The position numbers and the translations under genes are program-made. 64,000 nt of DNA, taken from positions 12,589-76,588 of IMG/VR virus record IMGVR_UViG_3300032259_000003. One strand, given 5' to 3'. Shown piece by piece: positions 1 to 8,992 of the stretch (position 1 is the stretch's first letter; each line of letters begins with the position of its first letter). The DNA is from a virus. Taxonomy: Duplodnaviria; Caudoviricetes. The notes below the pieces were generated by a model. That model worked only from the letters and a program-made list of their open reading frames with translations. It was not told where the DNA came from and made no database searches.

Positions 1-93
1 ATAGAAGTTACCGGTTGTAGTGGGGACTGATGCCCCACCTAGAACCGGGACTCCAAAGGAACTGATCCCATTAGGAAAGTTTGTGATTGTCAT
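1..93 (-). CDS. Partial CDS, probable virion protein downstream of the capsid gene
   Basis: ATG at 93 preceded by GGATAA. Reads MTITNFPNGISSFGVPVLGGASVPTTTGNFY and runs off the window. Confidence 0.6.
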   Translation of the reverse strand, partial: MTITNFPNGISSFGVPVLGGASVPTTTGNFY

Positions 94-107
94 ATTGTCA
101 TTATCCC

Positions 108-1004
108 TTAACTAGGATTCGAGCCAACAATCCAACGGAAATCAGACCAACCGAAGCTATAACGCATCCGTCCGCGATATTTGCGAATCAATGTGTCAAA
201 GCTGTCTTCGGCGGTAAATTCTGTACCGATACGGTTATACCATTTGAGGTATCGGCGTGACATTGCGCTGTCAACAACGAACCAGGCATTGGTATCGGTC
301 AAGTAAGGACTAACAATGGCGGTCAACCCTGAGTGTACGTTAACCGCATTGTTTGCTGATTCCGGTGTTAACTCAGAACCGGTCAATTCAAGCGCGGTTT
401 TGCGTAGCGCCCGTGGAACAATGAGATAATCCGGCATGACTGCAATCTCTTCGCCTAAGTCATCGCCCAAACTCATCAGCGTTGTAATTGCTGTTTCTAA
501 GTTTGTGCTATTGAGTGCAAGCGTTAAGTTGTTGTCCACTGATGTACTGTCAGATTTACTCCGTGGGTGGTCGTCAGCACAAAGGGCTTTAACATCATAC
601 CCTGTGGTTGAGAACGCATTATTGAATACACTGGCGCGATCTTTTGCGCGTTTGCGTCCGAAGGCGGTCCCCATGTTGGCGGCGCTGTCAAAAATAGCGT
701 TATACTGCATATCTTCAAGCATAACCTGTGTTATTTGGAAACCACGGACCCATTGTGTATGGGAGTATTCAACTTCGTAACCCTCATCAGCGGTATCATA
801 TACGATGCTGCCGTGTTGGTCGAAGTCTACCGGGTCACTAAACCCACCGACGCGTAAGTCCGTCTCTTTATTCTTGCTCGATTCTTGCACGTTGAATATC
901 GTTTCCAACATGTCCGTCGGTTGCGTGTAGTGGTCAAAAAATACCTCGTCTAATACTGGGTCCAAGTCTACCAAGGAGCCAAATTGTGATTCGTGTTGTA
1001 CCAT
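108..1004 (-). CDS. Major capsid protein (Mu gpT-like)
   Basis: 298 aa, AAGGAG RBS, follows scaffold and decoration genes. C-terminal PYLTDTNAWF...GRMRYSFGWSDFR resembles gpT-type capsids. Confidence 0.75.
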   Translation of the reverse strand: MVQHESQFGSLVDLDPVLDEVFFDHYTQPTDMLETIFNVQESSKNKETDLRVGGFSDPVDFDQHGSIVYDTADEGYEVEYSHTQWVRGFQITQVMLEDMQYNAIFDSAANMGTAFGRKRAKDRASVFNNAFSTTGYDVKALCADDHPRSKSDSTSVDNNLTLALNSTNLETAITTLMSLGDDLGEEIAVMPDYLIVPRALRKTALELTGSELTPESANNAVNVHSGLTAIVSPYLTDTNAWFVVDSAMSRRYLKWYNRIGTEFTAEDSFDTLIRKYRGRMRYSFGWSDFRWIVGSNPS

Positions 1005-1017
1005 GATCTAAGTCTCC

Positions 1018-1425
1018 TTAACTAGCGACTTGTGTATAGTGGGTAAGGTTCCACGTTACGTATGTGGGTTGGGTTGCTGTACTCGTTTGTACAACAAGAA
1101 CATCACTATTGCTATCATCTGTCACACCCATTGCACCCGACGCAAGGTCAAGCGCAGCATTGGCGGAACGAGCATTAGCATCAGCGACACTATAAACGGC
1201 GTAGGGGTTAACGATAACTTTACAGCTTAACCCGTCGTTGGTGTTGTCACAATCTTCAACAGCGACACCGGCAAATACAGCGTCATTACTAGCGCCCGCG
1301 TCAATTTCCGCGCCGTCAATTGAGACAACTTCGCCCGCGCTGATGACAGCGCCACTCTTTACTACAAATTCACGGATAATCGGAGCTGCTCCGGTTAAAT
1401 CGTATGCAAATGTAAAACCTGCCAT
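1018..1425 (-). CDS. Capsid decoration/cement-like protein
   Basis: 135 aa, Ala/Gly/Val-rich beta pattern (GAVISAGEVV...FAGVAVE), between scaffold and capsid genes. Confidence 0.5.
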   Translation of the reverse strand: MAGFTFAYDLTGAAPIIREFVVKSGAVISAGEVVSIDGAEIDAGASNDAVFAGVAVEDCDNTNDGLSCKVIVNPYAVYSVADANARSANAALDLASGAMGVTDDSNSDVLVVQTSTATQPTYVTWNLTHYTQVAS

Positions 1426-1463
1426 GATCTTTGTTTCCTTTCATAGTCAAAATCGGTCAATCC

Positions 1464-2024
1464 TTACCGCCGTAAGTAATTATTCCGTTTTGCCAACTCT
1501 CGAAGGCGCTTTTGTGCGTCGGTCAAATTACTATCTTCTGGCGGTTTGGGGTCGCCTACTGTGCCGGAGTCTGTCTTCGGCGGTGTAGGCTTTGAGAACA
1601 AACCGGCGCGTTTTGCATTGCGTACCCAGGTTAATTGGGCCGATGCGTCACCACTAGGGACTAAGCCGCGCATCACGTCATCAAGCGCTTCAAGTTCGGC
1701 TTCAAGTTCGGCCTGGTCGCGCTCTTGATATTTTGCGAGGGTTTCCGCTAGGTCTTTAGCGCGTTGTGCTTCTGGCTCTAGAGCTTCTATAATTTGCTTA
1801 TAGTTCCCTTCGGCCTCGAGCTTGGCGCGTTGCCGTTCCTGTTCTGCCTTTTCTAATGCCTCAAGTCGCTTCTGTAGCTCGTTTTTTTGGTCATTGACCT
1901 GTTTAAAGCGATCATACGGAATTGAATGCTGGACATTATTAACTGTGTTTTGCGTCTCATCAGACGGTGGCGTTACAGGCGTTTGCTCATTTGTTGCATT
2001 GGTGTTCTCTTCGCTCATTCTCAT
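1464..2024 (-). CDS. Capsid scaffolding protein
   Basis: Acidic low-complexity N-terminus, IPYDRFKQVN motif, coiled coil, Pro-rich tail. Position is typical of SPP1 gp11-like scaffolds. Confidence 0.72.
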   Translation of the reverse strand: MRMSEENTNATNEQTPVTPPSDETQNTVNNVQHSIPYDRFKQVNDQKNELQKRLEALEKAEQERQRAKLEAEGNYKQIIEALEPEAQRAKDLAETLAKYQERDQAELEAELEALDDVMRGLVPSGDASAQLTWVRNAKRAGLFSKPTPPKTDSGTVGDPKPPEDSNLTDAQKRLRELAKRNNYLRR

Positions 2025-2105
2025 TACTCCGATAGTTTACGGGGTCGCCCCTCGAATAAAAATTATTGTTACCATAACCTGGTAGGGAGTTGCACCCTAC
2101 TTATA

Positions 2106-2306
2106 CTACTCAGGTTTACTTTTTGTCTTACGTGTTACCTTGCGCGTGGGTTTTGGTTTTGCTGGCTCTTCTATTTTGTCACGGCTGAATATATAACCTT
2201 CGCCAGGTACATATTGCAACAATTGCCAACCATTCACCGCGCGACTATTCAAAAAATTCTCTAGCGGTTGGTCATTGGGTTTAGATAGTACGATGTATTC
2301 GGTCAT
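2106..2306 (-). CDS. Hypothetical protein
   Basis: 66 aa, ATGA-coupled to the upstream gene, Lys-rich tail. Confidence 0.55.
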   Translation of the reverse strand: MTEYIVLSKPNDQPLENFLNSRAVNGWQLLQYVPGEGYIFSRDKIEEPAKPKPTRKVTRKTKSKPE

Positions 2307-3373
2307 TGATTCCTCATATAATACTGTTGTGCCTGGGGTCCTAAAATACCCACTAGGCTATTCTCTTGTACAATGCTACCAAAAATAGGGTCATCCCCTT
2401 TTTTAACAAAGTCATTCAACGTTACCGCGCCATCTTGTAGGGCGTTAAAATTCGCACCGCCGGCTATTTTACGCTGTCGGTCCTCACTTTGTTTGTTGAA
2501 CCATATCCCCCCTGATTCAATGCTCCGCGGTCGTCCTTTGACTTCGGTTATAGAGATGCACCGCCCGCGCCTATGGTCGTCTACACGCTCTCCTAATGGG
2601 ATCTCGGTTCCGTGTAGCGCTATGCAAGTTAAGCATGTCCGCAGGTCAAGCGCCGCGATACGAATCACCCGACTTATAATGTCAGCATTGGCTACTTGGT
2701 GTAAGGCTTGACTATCACGTTGTGCGGTTAATACCAATGACCGTGTGAGTGAATCCGCCGCTGATATTGTTAGTGCGGGCTTATCCCCTATGCCTTGCAT
2801 CAAGTCAAACAACTGCATCACTGTTTCGCCCGGGTTAACACCCATAGCAAAATTGCGTATGATGGTATTCTCTACTACTTCATTGATATACCCACGATAC
2901 CCACTAAGCGATTCAACCCACGCATCACTATCTACATATTGCACGATACGCTGTAATGCTTCGGGGTCGGGTGTATTCCACACAATACCAAAGGTTTGCA
3001 GCGCATCATCGCTTAAATTGCCGAAGGCCAATTCCCGTGTAAGGATACCGGCCTGTTTTATGCCTACCGCTTGCAGGGCTTCGGCGCTACCATCAATCAG
3101 CGTCACCGAAGCTCGCAAAAAGTCATCAAGGTCACTCTGGAACATACGATAAACGGTATTATTAGGGTTCAATTGTTGCCCTAAACCCGCTAACCGTGCC
3201 GCCTCAACTTCTAAGGCTTGCAAACTCCGACCCATTGCACCGCGGTTCGCACCCACGCCAATAGCATCAAGCGTTTGACCAATGACTTTGTAATATTCAC
3301 GGTCTAATAACTCATCCACTAATTGCTTAGTGCGGTATATCGCATTTGGATCTATTGCAATGGGTTGTACCAT
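2303..3373 (-). CDS. Minor head/morphogenesis protein (SPP1 gp7/Mu F-like)
   Basis: Follows the portal region. Carries D.RTCLTCIALHG...DHRRGRC, resembling the gp7/F Cys/His motif. Confidence 0.68.
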   Translation of the reverse strand: MVQPIAIDPNAIYRTKQLVDELLDREYYKVIGQTLDAIGVGANRGAMGRSLQALEVEAARLAGLGQQLNPNNTVYRMFQSDLDDFLRASVTLIDGSAEALQAVGIKQAGILTRELAFGNLSDDALQTFGIVWNTPDPEALQRIVQYVDSDAWVESLSGYRGYINEVVENTIIRNFAMGVNPGETVMQLFDLMQGIGDKPALTISAADSLTRSLVLTAQRDSQALHQVANADIISRVIRIAALDLRTCLTCIALHGTEIPLGERVDDHRRGRCISITEVKGRPRSIESGGIWFNKQSEDRQRKIAGGANFNALQDGAVTLNDFVKKGDDPIFGSIVQENSLVGILGPQAQQYYMRNQ

Positions 3374-3802
3374 TTAGGTTACGTCCGCGGCATACTCGAC
3401 ACCGGTGTTAATGATCCCAATTTGTAGGGATGAACTAGATACCGCCACGCCTAACACGGTCGCGTATAATGTACCGGCGGCTACTGCGTCATCAATCGGC
3501 ATAATACCGCCGGGTGTGCCTGATAACACGTAGACCTTACCCGTTGATAGTGAGGCGCTTGCCCCAAGTGTGACAAATCCGCCGGTTTGAATTGTCCCCG
3601 GTTGGCCACTTGCGCCACTGGTTAGCGCGAATCCAATCACAGTATCCAGCCCCGCGTCACTTGCATCAGCAAGCTGTAACACGCCTGAGACAACACATAA
3701 GACTTTGCCCTGTGTGATAGTTGCGCCATAGTTATAATTGCTATTTTTGACCGCGCTTGTTCCAGGTAGGACTTCAGCGGCAGTAATTGATAAATCGGCC
3801 AT
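3374..3802 (-). CDS. Decoration-like structural protein (DUF2190-like), homologue of 33584-33985
   Basis: 142 aa with G.AL..GASG...VYVLSGTPG pattern; aligns by eye with 33584-33985. Confidence 0.45.
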   Translation of the reverse strand: MADLSITAAEVLPGTSAVKNSNYNYGATITQGKVLCVVSGVLQLADASDAGLDTVIGFALTSGASGQPGTIQTGGFVTLGASASLSTGKVYVLSGTPGGIMPIDDAVAAGTLYATVLGVAVSSSSLQIGIINTGVEYAADVT

Positions 3803-5319
3803 TAGTTTAGGTCTCCATTATTATTATTGGCTTCTAATTGTGGTGGTGCTAACGCGCCGAAGGGGTCCCCAATAGATCCCAACCGCGCGACTCGTGCCTG
3901 TGCTTCGGTGTCATTACCTTCTGTTAGTTCCTTAATCTTCTTATCGTCCCAACCAAATACCGGCGCGACAATCTTATAATACTCTTTTATTGGAAATGTT
4001 GGGTTGGCTGCCATCAATAGCGCGGCATTTTCTAATATCTCTTTGTCATTCCTAATTTCACCCTTGGCCCACTGTGCATTAAATGACTCATACGCCGGCG
4101 GTCGCTTCCCATATTGTGTCTCAACAATCCAGGCCATTTCTAAAACCTGTTCCCACGATGCACCGTAACTAATTTGGGCGCGTTTAATTCGCCCTAAAAG
4201 CGCGGCCTCGTTTTGCTTCTTGGCTTCGCCTGATTCATTGGCTCCGCCGCCGGGCTTGGGTGTTTTGGATACGGCATAAATTTGGTCAATGATCCATTCG
4301 CCTTGACTGATAAACGGGACAATGCCACCGGCCGCAAATTCTCCGGCTTCAATCTTCTCATCATTACTTGCAGGTTGCCCACCGGTTAAATTTAAAAACA
4401 TGCCTGGCGTGACCTTTGACGGGAATGTAAACCCACCGATACCATAACGTACCGGGAACGCGGTTAACTCACTTGTTGCGACCATGCTTACCATTGTGCG
4501 ATTGAGTGCGTCTTGTAACGGGATCGAGTCATCTATATCACTTCGCCCGTAATTATCATATCGTGTAGAATTGTTGCGGAAATGAACAACGGGAATAATA
4601 CCTAACGGGTTCGGTTGTATGTAGTCTATACCATCCTCTGTATATGGTGATAATTGATCGCCACCGTCTGATATGTAGCGGTGTATCGCGTCATTGGTAT
4701 AGGTATTGACGCGCATTGTATCGGCCGTTTGCCCGCCTTCGCTTGTAATGTGCCATATCTTTATGGCGATGGTTGGGTTCTTTGCATACGTGCTAGGATA
4801 TAACACCACCATGCCAGATATGCCATCATAGGCCGGCTCATGTACCCAATTGCAAAATTCCGCGCCGTCTTCAAAGTCAACAAAAAGGAATGTATCGCCA
4901 TCTCTTGATGTGCTTTCCGCAATCTGTAATTGTAATTGGTCTGCGCGGTTGCGCCTAAGTTGGTCATTGGCCCACTCGGCCGCCGCGTCGTTGTCTGCCT
5001 CAATACGTATTAACTCCAAACGGTCTACTTTGGTATCCACAATCATTGGCATAAGGTTTACATTAAACGGCGCGCTGTTTGGGTCATACTCATTGCTATC
5101 GCTCGATACACGGCGGCCAATGCTAGAGACGCGTAGCAATTGTCGCATCTCGTTAGTTAACCCTGCGTCGTGGTCTCCGTCGTAATATCTACGATAGCGG
5201 TGTATCCGGTTTCCGCGTTCCTGCTCGGTTTGCGCGAAAGCATCAAATGACATTTGGCTTTTATTTAAATTGTTTTGTACGGTCCCACGTAACGCCGATT
5301 GTAAAAGGTTGAGGCTCAT
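3802..5319 (-). CDS. Portal protein (SPP1 gp6-like)
   Basis: 505 aa directly after TerL. RYRRYYDG, IPVVHFRN and GRSDIDDSIPLQDALN are SPP1-type portal motifs. Confidence 0.8.
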   Translation of the reverse strand: MSLNLLQSALRGTVQNNLNKSQMSFDAFAQTEQERGNRIHRYRRYYDGDHDAGLTNEMRQLLRVSSIGRRVSSDSNEYDPNSAPFNVNLMPMIVDTKVDRLELIRIEADNDAAAEWANDQLRRNRADQLQLQIAESTSRDGDTFLFVDFEDGAEFCNWVHEPAYDGISGMVVLYPSTYAKNPTIAIKIWHITSEGGQTADTMRVNTYTNDAIHRYISDGGDQLSPYTEDGIDYIQPNPLGIIPVVHFRNNSTRYDNYGRSDIDDSIPLQDALNRTMVSMVATSELTAFPVRYGIGGFTFPSKVTPGMFLNLTGGQPASNDEKIEAGEFAAGGIVPFISQGEWIIDQIYAVSKTPKPGGGANESGEAKKQNEAALLGRIKRAQISYGASWEQVLEMAWIVETQYGKRPPAYESFNAQWAKGEIRNDKEILENAALLMAANPTFPIKEYYKIVAPVFGWDDKKIKELTEGNDTEAQARVARLGSIGDPFGALAPPQLEANNNNGDLN

Positions 5320-5328
5320 AATGTACCT

Positions 5329-6540
5329 TTACGCATAATTCGTAACAATAGGGGTGTAAACCCGTTTCTTTAGTAGTCGCGCGCGGTTGGCAAGTGCTAG
5401 GGCCATTACACAGTCATCGTGCAGTCCCGACGGCGCGGTGTACCGATAATTCCCGCTTGGCAGCGTCTCAACGGTGTAGGCTTGTAATTCACCTAATAAC
5501 ACCGGGTCGTTTAATATGCCAATGCTTTCTTGCTCCAAGTTTAACGCTAGGCTGTTGATAATCTCGGCTTTGCTCTGTTGTGTGGTTGTGAATCCCTTGA
5601 CCGGAAGCCCGCGCTTAACTAGCTCTTCGATGTTTGGGCCGCCGATGCTGTTCTCTTCGGCTAATATCATGTGTGGCTGATAGCGTTCAAACATAACCAT
5701 CAACCGGTTACGTTGCATAGTCCAGTCAATTTGATTGAACCGATCTATAGCGACCATGTGGCCGGTATCTTCGTCAATCGCTATGATAACCGTGTAATCG
5801 TTGGACCGTCCCCAATCAACACCGAATACAATTTTATCACTTGGCGCTGGTGCAGGTTGCAGACAGGCGTTTAAATTACGAAAGACCGCGCCGCCGTCTT
5901 CGAGAAACTCCGCCATGTATTCTTGCTGGAAGACCCGTTCCGGTGTGTTGCGCTTAATATCATTAATCTCGTTTGCATCTAATAACGGGTTATCATAGCT
6001 TGTATAATGCCAGGATTGCCAATCAGGTTCGTTTGGGTCAAGCCCGCGTTGGTAGAGCTTCCAAAAATAATTGCGACCGTTGGTGCTACTTAAAAATGTA
6101 GCGGTTCCTTTACTCTCTAATAACATCGGCCTAATTTGATACTCCCATAGCGTTTCAAGGTCACAGAACGCGGCCTCATCTATCGTCACATGTTCTATCC
6201 CAGTGCCGCGCTTAAAATTATTTGCGCCTAACATGCGAAGGCGACCACCGCCTGGGACTCGTATCTCTCGACGTGACTTATTAATATCGTCACGGCTTAC
6301 AAATTGCTCAAAAAATTGTACGAACTCATGCCAGGTGTCGGTCGTGTTATCAAAGGTTGGGTTAACCCACCACGTATTTTTTTTGTCATCCATAACACGG
6401 AGGATGTCGCCTAACTTCTCCGCCTCTGTTTTGCCAAAACGACGGCCGGCAGCTATTACATTAAATCGTGCCGTTGGCCTCACAAGATGCTTTTGGTTCA
6501 CGTGTGGCCGGATGGGTAGTCTCAGCTTAACCTCATTCAT
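5329..6540 (-). CDS. terL: Terminase large subunit
   Basis: Walker A AAGRRFGKT, Walker B TIDEAAF, nuclease motif FGVDWGRSNDYT, C-terminal HDDCVMALA. Confidence 0.92.
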   Translation of the reverse strand: MNEVKLRLPIRPHVNQKHLVRPTARFNVIAAGRRFGKTEAEKLGDILRVMDDKKNTWWVNPTFDNTTDTWHEFVQFFEQFVSRDDINKSRREIRVPGGGRLRMLGANNFKRGTGIEHVTIDEAAFCDLETLWEYQIRPMLLESKGTATFLSSTNGRNYFWKLYQRGLDPNEPDWQSWHYTSYDNPLLDANEINDIKRNTPERVFQQEYMAEFLEDGGAVFRNLNACLQPAPAPSDKIVFGVDWGRSNDYTVIIAIDEDTGHMVAIDRFNQIDWTMQRNRLMVMFERYQPHMILAEENSIGGPNIEELVKRGLPVKGFTTTQQSKAEIINSLALNLEQESIGILNDPVLLGELQAYTVETLPSGNYRYTAPSGLHDDCVMALALANRARLLKKRVYTPIVTNYA

Positions 6541-6928
6541 CGTCTGGGTATTCTAGTTTATAGACAACGGCTGACCCGTCAGGGCCGCTTATCTCTCGGC
6601 GCTCAACTTCTAAACCTAATATCTTATCTAGTCTCGATTGCGCTTTAATTGCCGCGGCCCAATCTTCTGCCTCAAGAGCTTGCTGGAATATTAAGTCATA
6701 TCGTGCGGCGGCTTGCCCGCGCTCGTGGTCGCGTTCCATTTTTAAGCGCTGACTCATGTACTTTCTAGCACGTGCGATGTATTTATCCATCATTGATTCA
6801 GATAGTTGCCACTCATCTAGACCATATTGCAATATTTCTTGCCGGTCATAACCTGCAATCTGTTTTTTGTATACCTCATTGACACGCTGTAACATAATCG
6901 CGTGTGTTGCTTTTGTGTTTTTTGGCAT
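6533..6928 (-). CDS. terS: Terminase small subunit
   Basis: Directly upstream of terL, helical/HTH N-terminus, C-terminal RREISGPDG. Homologue of 42541-42948. Probable start is the ATG at 6928. Confidence 0.7.
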   Translation of the reverse strand: MPKNTKATHAIMLQRVNEVYKKQIAGYDRQEILQYGLDEWQLSESMMDKYIARARKYMSQRLKMERDHERGQAAARYDLIFQQALEAEDWAAAIKAQSRLDKILGLEVERREISGPDGSAVVYKLEYPDDE

Positions 6929-6929
6929 A

Positions 6930-7670
6930 CTATCGTCCTGCAAGTTCTAAAAGTGCCGCGATAAGCGTACCTATTGCACCACCACCGGCCGCGGTTGCGC
7001 CGCCTTTGATGGCTATCTCTTTGGCGATGCTTTTGATGTTGTCAATACGAGCGCGCCGGGCTTCGATCTGTTGCTTGCGTTCCAATTCGCGGGCCGTCTC
7101 CCGTGACTCAATTTTGAGAAGTTCCGCTCTCATCTTATTAATATCAAGCTGAAGCGCTTTGACATTCTCTAACGTTTGTTGCGTCTCTTTATTATAACCG
7201 TCCAATTCAACGCGGAACATATTCATGCGACCAACTAACCCGGCATTATCCCCGTTGCCCTTTAAGACGTTAAGGATCTCTGGTACATTCTGCGATAACA
7301 TATTGTTGTTGGCTGCCAGGGTTGCTATTTGATCGCGTTGTTTTATATCAGTTTTGTCTAAGACCTCGATGGCTTTGGCGTTGGTACGAATATCGGCTTG
7401 TAACATCGCGTTTTGATCCGTAATTTTAGAGGATAACTCTTCAAATAAACCTTGCAACGTATGGAAGCCGTCGCTTAAAAATTTATCCACCACTTTAGAC
7501 GGCATATAGTCGTTAAGCGTATCGCTAATCATAGCTTGAACGGCGCTATGCGTGACTAGGTCCTTTTTGAAAGCTGCAAACTTTTTATCAAATAGGGCCT
7601 CAATTAATTCAATTGTAATTTCTTGCGTGTCCTTTTTAGGGGCCTCGATGTTATTGTTAGGTTCGTTCAT
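6930..7670 (-). CDS. Coiled-coil protein with Gly/Ala-rich hydrophobic C-terminus
   Basis: 246 aa; near-identical homologue at 43994-44734. C-terminal GGATAAGGGAIGTLIAALL is a possible membrane anchor. Confidence 0.7.
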   Translation of the reverse strand: MNEPNNNIEAPKKDTQEITIELIEALFDKKFAAFKKDLVTHSAVQAMISDTLNDYMPSKVVDKFLSDGFHTLQGLFEELSSKITDQNAMLQADIRTNAKAIEVLDKTDIKQRDQIATLAANNNMLSQNVPEILNVLKGNGDNAGLVGRMNMFRVELDGYNKETQQTLENVKALQLDINKMRAELLKIESRETARELERKQQIEARRARIDNIKSIAKEIAIKGGATAAGGGAIGTLIAALLELAGR

Positions 7671-7761
7671 TTGGACCCCGTGTTATAATTAACATAGTGT
7701 ATAACCTCATTTTATACGCTCATGGCTCCGGGTGTTTTTCCGTCACCGCGGGGCCTTCAAA

Positions 7762-8175
7762 TTATTGTAAATAAACACCACACGACGGATGGAAGATAAG
7801 CAAGCCGTTGATCGACGCGCCAATATCCCACCAAATGCCTGCATACACCAATACCGTATGATCGGCATAACTACCGCTTGACGCATACCAGACATTATCA
7901 ATGACATAGAACGAATAGGCGCGCCCGTAGTCATCAAAGGCGCGGTTCGTGCCGGCTTTCCAGTCCTGCCAGAGGGTGGTCACGTTGTAGCCGTCAACAG
8001 TAGGGCAGTATTCATAGGGCGCGGTCGGTGCTGGGACATACTCACACATCCATAACGTGCAATCGTCTTGAGCGTCCGTTACCAGAACCAATCCGAACAT
8101 TAGCAATAACACCCACGCTATCATCACGCGGCGCAGGGCGGCGTGTCCACTTGGGTCATCTATCCATCTATCCAT
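7762..8175 (-). CDS. Putative exported Cys-containing protein
   Basis: Signal-peptide-like RRVMIAWVLLLMFGLVLVTDA followed by a domain with 4 Cys. Homologue at 44825-45238. Confidence 0.65.
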   Translation of the reverse strand: MDRWIDDPSGHAALRRVMIAWVLLLMFGLVLVTDAQDDCTLWMCEYVPAPTAPYEYCPTVDGYNVTTLWQDWKAGTNRAFDDYGRAYSFYVIDNVWYASSGSYADHTVLVYAGIWWDIGASINGLLIFHPSCGVYLQ

Positions 8176-8992
8176 AACCGGCCAACTCCGATTCTAATGC
8201 CAGTTCAACCGTTATCAAATTACTGCCACCATCAGGCAGAACGCCGTCGAGTGCCAATTGTAAGGCCGCGATCTCATCAATCAGACGTTGTTTTTCTGCG
8301 ACGTGGTTAGCAATGCGTGTATTAATTCCATTGTCTGCACGAATAATGAGGTTAATTAAACCATTGTGACTATCACGTATGCCTTGCAGACAATCGACCT
8401 TCGGTGTTTTTACCTCAACATCATCCACAAACTCTCTAAAATTATTCGTATTCTCAAACGTGGTATCTACTTCAGTTACAATGTCCTCAACCACGCCAAT
8501 AAAAACAGCATCACGAATATCTTGTAGGTTATTCTTGAGTGCCACCAACTGCACACGGCTGGCTTCACGGTTGGCTCTATACCCATCCTTACGCGCGATG
8601 GTCGCCTCTGTACGGGCAATCAAGTTTTGCACACGGTTCAGTTTACGAACCACTTTGTGTTGGCGTCGTCGCTCATCGTTGGTGTTGGCGTTGGCGTTGC
8701 TCTCGTAGAGAATACCATCAACGGTTAAGTTGCCGTTTATATCACGGTCGTCAGGTAGTCCGGCGTAGGTATAAGTCGCGCCAATGGTGTCGTGCGTCGC
8801 TTGCGGTGCGTTGACTGTCACGACGCATGTATTGGTTCCCGATACGCTGGGTCGGTTGCCATCGGCTACTTGCATACTATCCCATGCTGGGACGAATATA
8901 CCGTCAATCTCAATGTCAGGGAGTGCGAGAAGATCAATTTGTATGCTGGGACGGTTGCCCGTCCATGTGCTTAGATACGCTTTTACTGTCAT
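8168..8992 (-). CDS. Coiled-coil protein, possible fibre shaft/adaptor
   Basis: 274 aa, beta-rich N-terminus followed by long heptad segments. Homologue at 45231-46055. Confidence 0.6.
   Translation of the reverse strand: MTVKAYLSTWTGNRPSIQIDLLALPDIEIDGIFVPAWDSMQVADGNRPSVSGTNTCVVTVNAPQATHDTIGATYTYAGLPDDRDINGNLTVDGILYESNANANTNDERRRQHKVVRKLNRVQNLIARTEATIARKDGYRANREASRVQLVALKNNLQDIRDAVFIGVVEDIVTEVDTTFENTNNFREFVDDVEVKTPKVDCLQGIRDSHNGLINLIIRADNGINTRIANHVAEKQRLIDEIAALQLALDGVLPDGGSNLITVELALESELAGYG

Noticed and set aside
20-38. GTGGGG/CCCCAC hairpin as capsid terminator
   Set aside because: It lies within the CDS starting at 93 and has no T-tract.
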